Shown: in pieces, positions 1 to 9,293 of the stretch
Numbering within the stretch: the stretch's first letter is position 1
How the letters are laid out: each line of letters begins with the position of its first letter
From: an uncultured archaeon
GTDB lineage: Archaea; Asgardarchaeota; Hermodarchaeia; Hermodarchaeales; Hermodarchaeaceae
Reading direction: 5' to 3'
Assembly (NCBI GenBank): GCA_964347045.1
Contig: CAYFXC010000003.1
Coordinates: 102,701 to 166,700, forward strand
Length of the DNA stretch: 64,000 bases
The notes under the pieces: generated by a model
What the model saw: the letters and a program-made list of their open reading frames with translations, nothing else
Databases searched by the model: none
What the model was told of the DNA's origin: nothing
Made by a program: the position numbers and the translations under genes

Positions 1-15
1 TAGGTAACTTCTCAT
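1..15 (-). CDS. 5' end of a gene running off the left edge (MRSYL...)
   Basis: On the minus strand an ATG at 15 is preceded by GGAGG (SD-like); only 5 codons are visible. Confidence 0.35.
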
Positions 16-167
16 GATTTTAAAGCCTCCAAAGTTATGTGAATCCTGTACGTAGGCTTTTTATTCCTACTCAATGCGGCATCATCTTTGAACATAATGT
101 ATTGTGACGGAAAATCCGAAGGCTATATGTACACAAACCATGGCAAACCTTTGTTTGGGCGACTCTA

Positions 168-740
168 ATGTCACATAAGCCACGTCTTCCCCCCGGTCAA
201 CGTTGGATCACAGGGTTCCCCGTTCGTAATGTAGAACGGATGCCAGATTCCTTTGACCCGAACACTTGGACTCTGACTGTGGATGGCAAGATTGAAAAAC
301 CCCACATCTTTTCCTATGAAGAACTCCGTGCATTGCCAGTATCCACTCAAATAAGTGATTTCCATTGCGTTGAAGGGTGGTCGGTGCCTGACAACAAATG
401 GGAAGGTGTTCTCTTTAAGGAAATTGCTAAACATGTAAAACCCAAACTCTCTGCAAGATTTGTTTTATTTCATGCTGAGCATGAATATTCCTCTGCCATT
501 GCCCTTGATGTTGCCATGGAAAATGATGTCATCTTAGCCTGGAATCGTAATGATGAACCGCTCCGCATTGAAGATGGCGGGCCTCTCCGTCTTATAGTTC
601 CAAGATTGTATGCTTGGAAAAGCGTCAAATGGGTTCGTCGCATTGCCTTTCTCGAGGAAGTAGAACTTGGCTTTTGGGAAAAGCGCGGATATCACCAGGA
701 TGCAGATCCCTGGCTCAACCAGCGATTTGCCGAAAGCTAG
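168..740 (+). CDS. Sulfite-oxidase-family molybdopterin-dependent oxidoreductase (MsrP/YedY-like catalytic domain)
   Basis: DFHCVEGWS (Mo-ligating Cys), GGPLRLIVP, YAWKSVKW, GFWEKRGY motifs. Confidence 0.9.
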   Translation: MSHKPRLPPGQRWITGFPVRNVERMPDSFDPNTWTLTVDGKIEKPHIFSYEELRALPVSTQISDFHCVEGWSVPDNKWEGVLFKEIAKHVKPKLSARFVLFHAEHEYSSAIALDVAMENDVILAWNRNDEPLRIEDGGPLRLIVPRLYAWKSVKWVRRIAFLEEVELGFWEKRGYHQDADPWLNQRFAES

Positions 741-744
741 GAGG

Positions 745-759
745 TTTTTTTTAAAAAAA
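745..759. terminator. Bidirectional oligo-T terminator
   Basis: T8 (745-752) directly after the stop at 740, then A7 (753-759), which is T7 on the minus strand. Confidence 0.55.
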
Positions 760-763
760 GAGG

Positions 764-868
764 TTAAGGCCCTTGCGGGCCTTAAGGACTGGGACGAAGA
801 GAAGTTTATCTCTTCATGATCCGTTGCGGATCTGGGAGAGCTCAAACACTTCTTGTGGTGGATTTGAG
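764..868 (-). ncRNA. Candidate structured ncRNA (four consecutive hairpins)
   Basis: Stems at 764-785 (9 bp; GCAA loop on minus strand), 796-815 (7 bp), 818-832 (6 bp) and 841-868; followed on the minus strand by T7. Confidence 0.4.
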
Positions 869-1046
869 TATAAGGTTAGGTACTTCAATGGTATGTGTCT
901 ACATATCACCTACTTCTAGGTCTGCATATTATGGGGGCATTTAAAGAAAAAGTCTACAAAGCGGGTTGTTAGTTGCAAAAGCTTTTGATGAGGATTATCT
1001 GTCCAGATGCTAGATGAATTGTTAGGCACCAAGAATTTATGGTCGT

Positions 1047-1763
1047 ATGCTGGTGTTAGTGTTTATGGCTGCGAAAACCGTTCGGAAAGTTTTAGATGAT
1101 TTCTACTGGATTGTTGCACGTGAAGGTATGTTGCCCGATAGCAACATATTCCTGGTTAAACATGGAAACTATTTTGTGCTATTTGATGCGGGCATTCATC
1201 ATTTTTTCAATGACACAGTCGCCGCGATTAACGAATTAGGATTGGAGCTAAAGCAAATGGATCGATTAATACTGACCCATACGCATTTAGATCATTCAGG
1301 GTCAACTCCTGAGTTTAAGGGTCGATTAAAAGATCTTGAAGTTTGGGTATCGGAAGAAGAAGGAGTTCTTCTGGAGCAAGGTGACGACACTATTGTTTTG
1401 GGAAACATGTTAGGGCAACAATTACCACCCATACCTGTGGCGAAAAAGCTCCACGACGGAGATGTCATCGAAGTGGGTCCCTATTCCTTTCAAGTTTTGT
1501 TGACGCCCGGTCATAGTGCGGGAAGTCTGTGTTTCTTCGAACCTAAGCATCAATTGCTGATTTCTGGAGATGTGGTTTTTCGCCATGGATCCTTTGGGCG
1601 TGTTGACTTTCCAACAGGGAATGGTACTGTTTTGAAGCAATCTATTGAACGATTAGCAGCCCTCCCTGTTGAAATGTTACTCCCTGGACATATGGGGATT
1701 GCTTTGAAAGACGGACAGCGAGAAATCAAGTTATCCCTTCAATTTGCCCGACAAGTACTCTAG
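1047..1763 (+). CDS. Metallo-beta-lactamase-fold hydrolase (glyoxalase II-like); true start may be ATG at 1065
   Basis: THTHLDH, TPGHS, SGD and PGH motifs. Confidence 0.9.
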   Translation: MLVLVFMAAKTVRKVLDDFYWIVAREGMLPDSNIFLVKHGNYFVLFDAGIHHFFNDTVAAINELGLELKQMDRLILTHTHLDHSGSTPEFKGRLKDLEVWVSEEEGVLLEQGDDTIVLGNMLGQQLPPIPVAKKLHDGDVIEVGPYSFQVLLTPGHSAGSLCFFEPKHQLLISGDVVFRHGSFGRVDFPTGNGTVLKQSIERLAALPVEMLLPGHMGIALKDGQREIKLSLQFARQVL

Positions 1764-1823
1764 CTAAATTCTGATAGAATGAGGCGAGGACTTAAGTGAG
1801 AATGAAAGGTGTAACCGGATAGT

Positions 1824-2621
1824 ATGGTGCTTGAGATAGGAAAAAACCGCAGTCGGATAGTCGCTTACTTAGCAGTATTCATGGCCTTAGTTACAGTTTT
1901 TGATGCCATTCCTATGCTTCCAGGGTTCTACGGTGGCATCTGGGACTCTTGGGTTTTTTTGCTCGCACCAATTATTGGAGCTTTGCTTGGTCCGCTTATT
2001 GGTATGATAGCAGTGGGATTGGGAAGTTTACTTGGTCATATGATTTACTTCCGAGACCCTTTCGAGCTTCTTTTCATGCTGGGTGCAGTTGTAGGAACAG
2101 CTAGTGCTGCGCTCATTTTTCAACGCCGCTGGAAGCCTGTCCTAATCTTTTACACAATACTACTCGGTGGATACTTTCTTTATCCTGTAACCTGGATGCT
2201 TCCTCTCATCGGAATCTGGGACATTCTTCTGGCGTATGTCTTACTCCTGCTTTTTTCGGTGTTAATAAGCAATCAGTGGTGGCCCACAGATCAATGGAAA
2301 GATATTTGGCTCCTGTTAATGTTTGCCACAGTTATTGGGCTCGAAGCAGACATTCTTTTCCGTGTTTTTATTCTCGTTCCAGGACAAACTTATTGGCTTT
2401 TTTATGGATTGACGCTCGACGCTCTCTACTGGATGTGGCTCACCGCAGGAATAATTACGCCTACTAAAGTTGCTCTGGGTACACTATTTACAGTCACTAT
2501 TGGTTATAGTCTTCTTCGTCTTCTTCCACGAACTGAGATTGGTCTGACCGAATATTATGGAACTCTAAAGACAGCTCCTCCTATTCATGAGGAAGAAAAA
2601 ACCAATAATAAACGAACATGA
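1824..2621 (+). CDS. Multi-pass membrane protein, ECF transporter S-component-like
   Basis: N-terminal AVFMAL helix, LAPIIGALLGPLIG motif, about 7 hydrophobic segments. Confidence 0.6.
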   Translation: MVLEIGKNRSRIVAYLAVFMALVTVFDAIPMLPGFYGGIWDSWVFLLAPIIGALLGPLIGMIAVGLGSLLGHMIYFRDPFELLFMLGAVVGTASAALIFQRRWKPVLIFYTILLGGYFLYPVTWMLPLIGIWDILLAYVLLLLFSVLISNQWWPTDQWKDIWLLLMFATVIGLEADILFRVFILVPGQTYWLFYGLTLDALYWMWLTAGIITPTKVALGTLFTVTIGYSLLRLLPRTEIGLTEYYGTLKTAPPIHEEEKTNNKRT

Positions 2622-2780
2622 AAACATGTTTCATCTCAATCAATCCGTAACGATACATAATAGGATTTCAACGACTATTCTAGCTAATTTCCATGGAACA
2701 TTATTGTCTATCGTGACCCAGAAGGTTTTTACGGGTAGATTCCTAGCCTGAAGGCAGTCTCAGATTTATCGGTATCGAGG

Positions 2781-4397
2781 TTGACGGATATGGCTAAATT
2801 ACCTAAATTAAACACTAAAATTAAATCAGTCACGATTTACCGAAATGGTGCTAAAATCGAGCGGACAGGTGTAATTGAATTAAAACCAGGTATTCATAAA
2901 CTCGAAATTGCTAATCTAACACGCTTTTTAGACAAGGAAAGTGTTCGCGTTTCGGGTCGTGGACACGCCACTATCGTTGGCTTCGACACGGTTGACACAA
3001 CCGTCGAAGTAAGTGGATATTCCAAACTGGATACACTGATCAAGAAGCGAGAAAATTTGCAGAAACAACTTGCTCAAACCCAGAGTGAACTCGAACGTAT
3101 AACTCGGCGTGTGACCTTCTATTCCCAAGTACTTGAAAATTCTGCAGGTGAATTCTCTCGGTGGATTCCTGCAGGAGAAAGTAATGTTGATCAATTAAGC
3201 TCCCTTGAATCCTTGGTGACAACACAACTAGATACACTCTACAAGCATCAATTCAAATTACACGAGGACCGAGAAAAGATTCAAAAAGAAATTTCAATGG
3301 CAACTCGGGAAATCGATAAGTTCCGCAGCGAAGTCAACCAATATGAAGTTTCTAACAGCATTTTGATTAATGTTAAAGCTCATAAACTCGGAAAGTGTGA
3401 ATTCAACATTTCCTATTTTGTGGAAAACGCCTATTGGGAACCAACTTATGATTTTATCCTCTCTGAGGATTCAACGGATGTTACAATGTACACTGTTGTA
3501 CAGAATAATACTCAGGAAGACTGGGATGGTGTGAATCTAACAGTTTCAACTGCTTCAAGGCGTACAGCAAAAATTACTGAACCATCTCCGTACTTTGTGT
3601 CAATCTATACCCCTCCACCGCCACGCCCAAGGAGAACGATGGCAAAGGAAAGAAAACTAGCAGCTCCTGCCGCTACCGGGGCTATTGACGACGAATTAGA
3701 AGCTGAGGAATTAGCAATGATACCGGAGGAACCACTTCCAGAAATGGCTCCACCCCCCGTCACAGCTATGGCTATGGATATTGGCGGAGTATATGTGTTT
3801 GTACTCCCTAATCGAGTAAAGGTAGCTGCAGATGGAGAACCTCATGCATTTCCAACAAGCCATATCCAACTAGAAGCTGACAGGAAATTCTTCTGGAATG
3901 CCGTAGACTTCGCCGAAGCAATTGAAGCAACCACTATCGAAAATGCTGACACTGTTTTACTCCCCGGTCGAGCGCGAATCTACTTCTTGGACGAATATCT
4001 CGGTGAAACCCATCTTAACCTCGTAGCTCCTAATGAGAAAGTCGATGTGGGTATGCGCTTTTCGTATGATCTCAAAGTGGAAAAGAAACTAGTTGCGAAA
4101 AGTACAGAAAAGAAGGGATTACTCAAAGGGAATGTCGCACGAGATTACGCCTATGAACTGACCATTACCAACTACCGGAAGAAAATGAGTACTGTAAAGA
4201 TAATGGATCGCATTCCTCATAGCGATTCAGAAATCATCAAGATAGAAGACCGGAAATACTCTCCTCAACCCTCTAAAGATGAGCTTGGGATTCTCACTTG
4301 GGAAATTGAAATTCCAAAAGAAGGTGAAACAAAAATCATCTATTCCTTCAAAGTGGAGTATCCGCGTGGTGAAACAATCACGCCACCATTACCCTAG
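2781..4397 (+). CDS. DUF4140/DUF4139 protein (MuiA family)
   Basis: IKSVTIYRNGAKIER N-terminus, coiled coil, AYWEPTYD, VQNNTQEDW..V.LTVST, GILTWEI C-terminus. Confidence 0.9.
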   Translation: MTDMAKLPKLNTKIKSVTIYRNGAKIERTGVIELKPGIHKLEIANLTRFLDKESVRVSGRGHATIVGFDTVDTTVEVSGYSKLDTLIKKRENLQKQLAQTQSELERITRRVTFYSQVLENSAGEFSRWIPAGESNVDQLSSLESLVTTQLDTLYKHQFKLHEDREKIQKEISMATREIDKFRSEVNQYEVSNSILINVKAHKLGKCEFNISYFVENAYWEPTYDFILSEDSTDVTMYTVVQNNTQEDWDGVNLTVSTASRRTAKITEPSPYFVSIYTPPPPRPRRTMAKERKLAAPAATGAIDDELEAEELAMIPEEPLPEMAPPPVTAMAMDIGGVYVFVLPNRVKVAADGEPHAFPTSHIQLEADRKFFWNAVDFAEAIEATTIENADTVLLPGRARIYFLDEYLGETHLNLVAPNEKVDVGMRFSYDLKVEKKLVAKSTEKKGLLKGNVARDYAYELTITNYRKKMSTVKIMDRIPHSDSEIIKIEDRKYSPQPSKDELGILTWEIEIPKEGETKIIYSFKVEYPRGETITPPLP

Positions 4398-4419
4398 ATG
4401 AATCTCTGTGGTTAATTAA

Positions 4420-5007
4420 ATGTCATATTACGATGAACCGAAGAAGCGTATTATCTCTTCAATGGATTCTCGTCAGACTCTCCATTATGTCCTCAAATCT
4501 TCTCTTCATCATCACGGATGGAAATTAGAAGTGAGGGAGTTGAAAGGGCCACTTCTTTTCAAGGTAATCAGACATCCAATACATCCTTCTTATTACAAGC
4601 TACAATCACTCAACTCACAGAAAATCAATCCGATGAAAATCAAATCCTTATTGTTCGAAGATACTTTTCGGTACGTTCTGTATGATGGAAATAAGGAGCA
4701 AGTATCAATTCTTTCCGACCAAAATTCTCCTGAGGTTTTGTTTCGTAATCACCAACGAAAAACCATTGCCCGATTCTCGCCCCTAAGCTCTGAGGTGGTT
4801 TTATTACGTACTCCAAGAGCAACTGTTGCTCGTCTTCGATTCAAAGAAAAACCAACGCCTTTGAGTTTTAAAGTCGAATGCGAGGCTGAAGTAGGTCTTC
4901 AATGGCTATTCGCTCTCATTCTCTATTCAGTCGCTCATATAGAAAATACAAAACCAACTCCACATCCAGAGAAAACAGAACTGGAAGAGGATGAAAAAAC
5001 TGAGTAA
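4420..5007 (+). CDS. Hypothetical protein, possible Tubby-C/LURP-one/scramblase-like beta-barrel
   Basis: Repeated short beta-hairpin-like segments ending in one hydrophobic helix (LQWLFALILYSVA). Confidence 0.45.
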   Translation: MSYYDEPKKRIISSMDSRQTLHYVLKSSLHHHGWKLEVRELKGPLLFKVIRHPIHPSYYKLQSLNSQKINPMKIKSLLFEDTFRYVLYDGNKEQVSILSDQNSPEVLFRNHQRKTIARFSPLSSEVVLLRTPRATVARLRFKEKPTPLSFKVECEAEVGLQWLFALILYSVAHIENTKPTPHPEKTELEEDEKTE

Positions 5008-5084
5008 CACATCTGTAACTCCTTAATCTTTTAGAATAAGGAACACCCAACCTCTTCATTGAAGCTAGTATTCAGATAACCTGG

Positions 5085-5870
5085 ATGTGTAAGTTTCATA
5101 TGCAAATCGAAGTATTAGGAAGCTCATCCTTCATTCCCACCCTAAAAGGCAGCTGGTCTAGCTTCTTTGTTAATCTTGGAAAGGGTGATCGAATCCTCAT
5201 TGATGCTGGCACCCGACGCCTTCTCGGTCTACGGAAAGACGTTCTTTCTATAAACCACATCTTCATTACCCATCGTCACCCAGACCATGTCATGTTTCTC
5301 GGTGCATTATTACGTCGCATGAAACGAAACAAACGTAAAAAACCACTAACGATATTCTGCCCTGTTAATGCGTTCTATCATGTAATCGGATACATCCGCT
5401 TCTATAATCCGAAAGGTGTTCCAGATTTTGTTAATTTCGAAACTTTTACGCCTGGGAAACCCGAATATCTCATTTCACTTTCCAAATCCAACACGGAAAT
5501 GTGGGCTGCCGCTGCTTGTCATACAACGATGGCAGCAGGATATGGCATTATTCAAGGAGACACCAAAGTAGTTATTGTACCTGATACTGCTCCAAATTGT
5601 AAACCACTTTTGGCGTTGGCAAAGGGTGCCCGTGCACTATTTCATGATACCACGTTTCCCACTGCTAAATACGGCTTCGCAGTAGCAAAAGGACATTCAA
5701 GTCCAGAAGGTGCTGGCTTGGATGCCGAAAAGGCTAGAGTGCAAACATTAGTGTTAATTCATACTAGTCGCGCGCGTTCTCGTGACGCACATACTCTCTT
5801 TGCAGGTGCTGCGAGATATTTTGGTGGCGAAATTCAAGTAGGTTCAGATACTTCGACATTTACATTTTAA
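5085..5870 (+). CDS. RNase Z-like MBL-fold hydrolase (likely start ATG 5100)
   Basis: LGS N-terminus, IDAG, THRHPDH, CHT, PDT, HDTTF, GHS, LIH motifs. Confidence 0.8.
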   Translation: MCKFHMQIEVLGSSSFIPTLKGSWSSFFVNLGKGDRILIDAGTRRLLGLRKDVLSINHIFITHRHPDHVMFLGALLRRMKRNKRKKPLTIFCPVNAFYHVIGYIRFYNPKGVPDFVNFETFTPGKPEYLISLSKSNTEMWAAAACHTTMAAGYGIIQGDTKVVIVPDTAPNCKPLLALAKGARALFHDTTFPTAKYGFAVAKGHSSPEGAGLDAEKARVQTLVLIHTSRARSRDAHTLFAGAARYFGGEIQVGSDTSTFTF

Positions 5871-6889
5871 TGTACAAAGCAAGAAATGGTTCCTTGATGA
5901 CCTCTTCTCATTCAAAAAGAAAAATCCCGACTGTTGCTTGTTTAGGCGAAGTAATCATTGATTTTATTGCCGAAGAAATTGGAACCCTAGACACAGTCAG
6001 TTCTTTTTCTAAGTATCCAGGAGGCGCTCCTGCCAACGTTGCTGTGGGAGTTGCAAGATTGGGTGTTGCTACTGGATTCATCGGAAAGGTAGGTTTTGAC
6101 GCTTTTGGAGACTATTTAATTTCTATACTTAAACAAAATGGAGTGGACATAAGGGGCATCACTCAAACCAAGGACGCACCGACAGCAGTAGCTTTTGTGA
6201 GTCGTTCTACATCCAAAGACCGTGATTTCCTTTTCTACCGTAATCCGTGTGCTGATCTTCTTTTGAAAAAATCTGAGCTCCCACGGGACTGGTTGACTCA
6301 AATTAAGTATTTGCATATCGGTGGTGTGAGTCTAACCCAAGAACCAAGTCGACAAGCAACCATGTATGCAACAAAAGTTGCTAAACAGAGTGGGGTGAAT
6401 GTTACTTTTGATCCCAATCTAAGAGTAGATCTTTGGTCAAATGGGCTTCCTGAATGTCGTAAAGTGATTCACTCAATCCTTGAAAATACCGATGTCTTTC
6501 TTCCCTCTTATGAAGAATTACTGACGCTCATGGCCACTGATAATTTAAACAAGGCATTACTCCGTGCACACGATATGGGGCCTTCTATAATTGTTGTAAA
6601 AATGGGATCCGATGGGAGTTTAGTCTCAGAGACAAGTCATAAAGGGGAATATCGACAATTTACTCAATCTGCTATTGATGTGAAGGTAGTAGATACAACG
6701 GGAGCAGGTGATGCCTATGATGCGGGTTTCATTGTAGGGCTTGTTCACGAATTATCAATTGAAGAGGCAGTTCTATGGGGGACTGCTGTAGCATCTCTTG
6801 TGATTACAAAAATTGGTGCAATGACAGCTCTTCCAACAAAAACCGAACTAGCCAATTTCCTAGATGGCTTTGAGAGAATTGGTTGCTAG
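5870..6889 (+). CDS. PfkB-family carbohydrate kinase (fructokinase-like)
   Basis: PGGAPANVAVG, GKVG.DAFG, FDPNLR, DTTGAGDAY. Confidence 0.95.
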   Translation: MYKARNGSLMTSSHSKRKIPTVACLGEVIIDFIAEEIGTLDTVSSFSKYPGGAPANVAVGVARLGVATGFIGKVGFDAFGDYLISILKQNGVDIRGITQTKDAPTAVAFVSRSTSKDRDFLFYRNPCADLLLKKSELPRDWLTQIKYLHIGGVSLTQEPSRQATMYATKVAKQSGVNVTFDPNLRVDLWSNGLPECRKVIHSILENTDVFLPSYEELLTLMATDNLNKALLRAHDMGPSIIVVKMGSDGSLVSETSHKGEYRQFTQSAIDVKVVDTTGAGDAYDAGFIVGLVHELSIEEAVLWGTAVASLVITKIGAMTALPTKTELANFLDGFERIGC

Positions 6890-7473
6890 GCAACACAATA
6901 TCGAAAAACGACATGACGACCGGCGGTTTCTGAATCACGAATTATCCGAATTACATCGCCAGGTCGGGCGCCAATTGCCTTTGCAGCAGGATCTCCTGCC
7001 TTGATTTTGGGTAATTGCATCCGGTCAATTCCATATTCTTTCTCAATCGCTTCAATTTCTTTTTGAGTAATAATATCGTGCTCTGGAACCAGATCATGTT
7101 GAAAAAGATCGATTGAAAGAAATCGGTGATGTAAAAGTTCAACATCCATTTCTTTGGCTTCACGTCGAGCGGCATAGGTGTATCGTTCTCCGCCAATGAT
7201 GATAGCGTGTGTAAACTCGCCAATATCTCGCGCTTTTATTGTATTTCGTAAAATTTCAACACCAACTGTGGGTGTATCGAGAATAACCCGAACCAATAGA
7301 TTGGCTTTCGATTTCTCGATTGTCTTTTTAGCATGGATATCAATAACCCCTTCTTTTTCTCCTTCAACTCGCTTTGTAATCTTATATCCTCGTCGCTCAA
7401 TAAGTCGCTTAAGGTAATTGAACTGCTTGTCTGTTAACACAAATCTCACCAAAGATTCCGGAGTTTTTCCCAC
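6886..7473 (-). CDS. rpoH: RNA polymerase subunit Rpo5/RpoH with an N-terminal RPB5-like jaw domain (start GTG 7473 or slightly downstream)
   Basis: C-terminal HDLVPEH...QLPKI..GDPAAKAIGARPGDVIRIIRDSETAG..V.FR; ~110-aa N-terminal domain with RRGY and PTVG; TTTATAAG box just upstream. Confidence 0.93.
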   Translation of the reverse strand: MGKTPESLVRFVLTDKQFNYLKRLIERRGYKITKRVEGEKEGVIDIHAKKTIEKSKANLLVRVILDTPTVGVEILRNTIKARDIGEFTHAIIIGGERYTYAARREAKEMDVELLHHRFLSIDLFQHDLVPEHDIITQKEIEAIEKEYGIDRMQLPKIKAGDPAAKAIGARPGDVIRIIRDSETAGRHVVFRYCVA

Positions 7474-7536
7474 GCTCGCTTCGCGACAGAGGATGAACAA
7501 CTTATAAACATTTGTATCCTCTGGGTTTCTCTTCTC

Positions 7537-8331
7537 CTAATGGACGGGTTTGAGTAAGGATTTCCGGTAATCATGAGGGTCAATCTGTGATGACAATATC
7601 TCGATTTCTCTCTCCGAAGGAGGCGCTGTTACTTCAAACTTATCAGGAATTTTAAACAAAAAACCAGTTTGTTCTTGCACTTGTCTCAGCCCTATACCTG
7701 GATGAATTGATTTTAGAAATATTCTTCTGTCACTCCTATTAAATTGAAAAACGCATAAATTTGTAACAATAACATCTGGCCCTCCGTGTCGGTGTCCCTT
7801 TGCTGCAGAAATCCATCCAGGGCTTGTTATAAATGGGACCTGCTTTACTAGGCTACGCTGGCTATGATTCGTTCGCCATGAAACAATCCGTCGAAAGCTT
7901 CGAATCATAAGTGGGCCACCCGCTCCTCCAGGCAAACGAACTTTTGGTTGTGTCGGGTCTTTGCCAATTATGCTCATGTTCAAATTCCCAAACTGATCAA
8001 TCTGAACACCACTAAGAAAAGCCACATCCATTCGACCGTTGTTCGCTAAATCAAATATCTCAGGGAAAGTAATTGCGTTCTCACAATCATCAAAGAGATG
8101 TGGATCACCAGTGGAAAAGGGTAGAGTATGAGGCTTTGGATTAATAGTTCCAAGAATTGTGAAATACAACAGGTTAGGTGCATGTGTTGCTTTAGCAAGC
8201 AGTGTTGCGAGCATTTGCACTGGGCTTGCCACTCCTGTAAAAACTCGGTCTCCATCTTTTAATTGACGGGCCAATGTTGACAAAATCAGTTCATCAAAGC
8301 TATAATCCCTAGATAATTTTGTCATTTGCAT
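7537..8331 (-). CDS. Family I CoA-transferase-fold beta subunit (GctB/AibB-like) lacking the catalytic Glu
   Basis: LARQ..DG..VFTGVASP, ATHAPNL, QIDQFGNLN, RLPGGAGG, EQTGF. Confidence 0.85.
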   Translation of the reverse strand: MQMTKLSRDYSFDELILSTLARQLKDGDRVFTGVASPVQMLATLLAKATHAPNLLYFTILGTINPKPHTLPFSTGDPHLFDDCENAITFPEIFDLANNGRMDVAFLSGVQIDQFGNLNMSIIGKDPTQPKVRLPGGAGGPLMIRSFRRIVSWRTNHSQRSLVKQVPFITSPGWISAAKGHRHGGPDVIVTNLCVFQFNRSDRRIFLKSIHPGIGLRQVQEQTGFLFKIPDKFEVTAPPSEREIEILSSQIDPHDYRKSLLKPVH

Positions 8332-8334
8332 CCC

Positions 8335-9234
8335 CTAATTCACTGAATTAGCTTGAGGCGTTCTCCAACTAGGAGGTAGCCCCACTTTTTCCAAAAAGGT
8401 TTGATGATCAGAACAGGCATGGATATATTCTTGCAGATACTCATCGAAGCCTTTCTGAGTTTGAGCTTTTTCTTGGTAAAATGAAATATGTGCGGTATCT
8501 GTTTCGTATTTTTTATTGAGTGCGGTGGGTGTAGCACCGTACGGAACTATCGATATTGCATCAACAAGAAAATGAGGAATTGCGATTTGACTCGGTTCAA
8601 ATATTTCCGACTCTATGCCCTCTTCGACTGTGACTAATACTTTATTACATGCTTGGGCTGTGGTTAACGTGAAATTTGTCCATGGTTCAAGCAGGCGCAC
8701 ATTTCCTTTCGAGTCCGCTGAGTGAGCATGGAGCAATAAAACATCGGGACGTAAAGCTGGAACTATGATGATCGTTTCTTTTGGGTCATAGGGGGACTGC
8801 ATCAAAAGATAATCTTTACGAATGGAGAGTAAATCAGATCCCCGAAAATCTGGTAGTGGGATGAATGGAATACCAAATGCTCCTGCGCGTAGAGCCATGC
8901 AGATGGCATAACCCATACTTTCCTTTACACGAATCAATCTATTTTCGACAGCTTCTCGGAAACGGCGCATTGTTGCAAAACCATTTTGGGTCATAAAACC
9001 CAGAAAATAGAATTCGAGTTCTGAAACAGTACCAGCTCCAACGAGCTGATCTATGGCTAAACCATTAGGTGCACTAACAATTCGGAGATCTCGGAGCTCA
9101 GCGCGGATAATCTCATGAACTGCAGCCATAGGTAAGCGGTTGATCAGTAATCCTTCCAAATAGATATGGCTCTTATGAGAGATGTTCTGACGTACTAGCT
9201 GGTGTAGCGACGTGAACTTATGGGATTTAGACAT
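8335..9234 (-). CDS. Family I CoA-transferase-fold alpha subunit (GctA/AibA-like)
   Basis: R.PMAAVHEIIR, DQLVGAG, LRAGAFGIPF, GSDL, PALRPDV.LLHA..AD..GN, VTVEE, PYGA.P. Confidence 0.88.
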   Translation of the reverse strand: MSKSHKFTSLHQLVRQNISHKSHIYLEGLLINRLPMAAVHEIIRAELRDLRIVSAPNGLAIDQLVGAGTVSELEFYFLGFMTQNGFATMRRFREAVENRLIRVKESMGYAICMALRAGAFGIPFIPLPDFRGSDLLSIRKDYLLMQSPYDPKETIIIVPALRPDVLLLHAHSADSKGNVRLLEPWTNFTLTTAQACNKVLVTVEEGIESEIFEPSQIAIPHFLVDAISIVPYGATPTALNKKYETDTAHISFYQEKAQTQKGFDEYLQEYIHACSDHQTFLEKVGLPPSWRTPQANSVN

Positions 9235-9293
9235 GATTAATCCAACCAGGGCTTTTTTTCAAATGGTCGATTTTTTGGAGATGCGGCGCTTAG

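Noticed and set aside
752-910. Small minus-strand CDS with stop-codon readthrough after AGGTGAT
   Set aside because: The ATG is followed immediately by TAG, and the GTG frame gives a 31-aa peptide with no recognisable motif; RNA structure explains the region better
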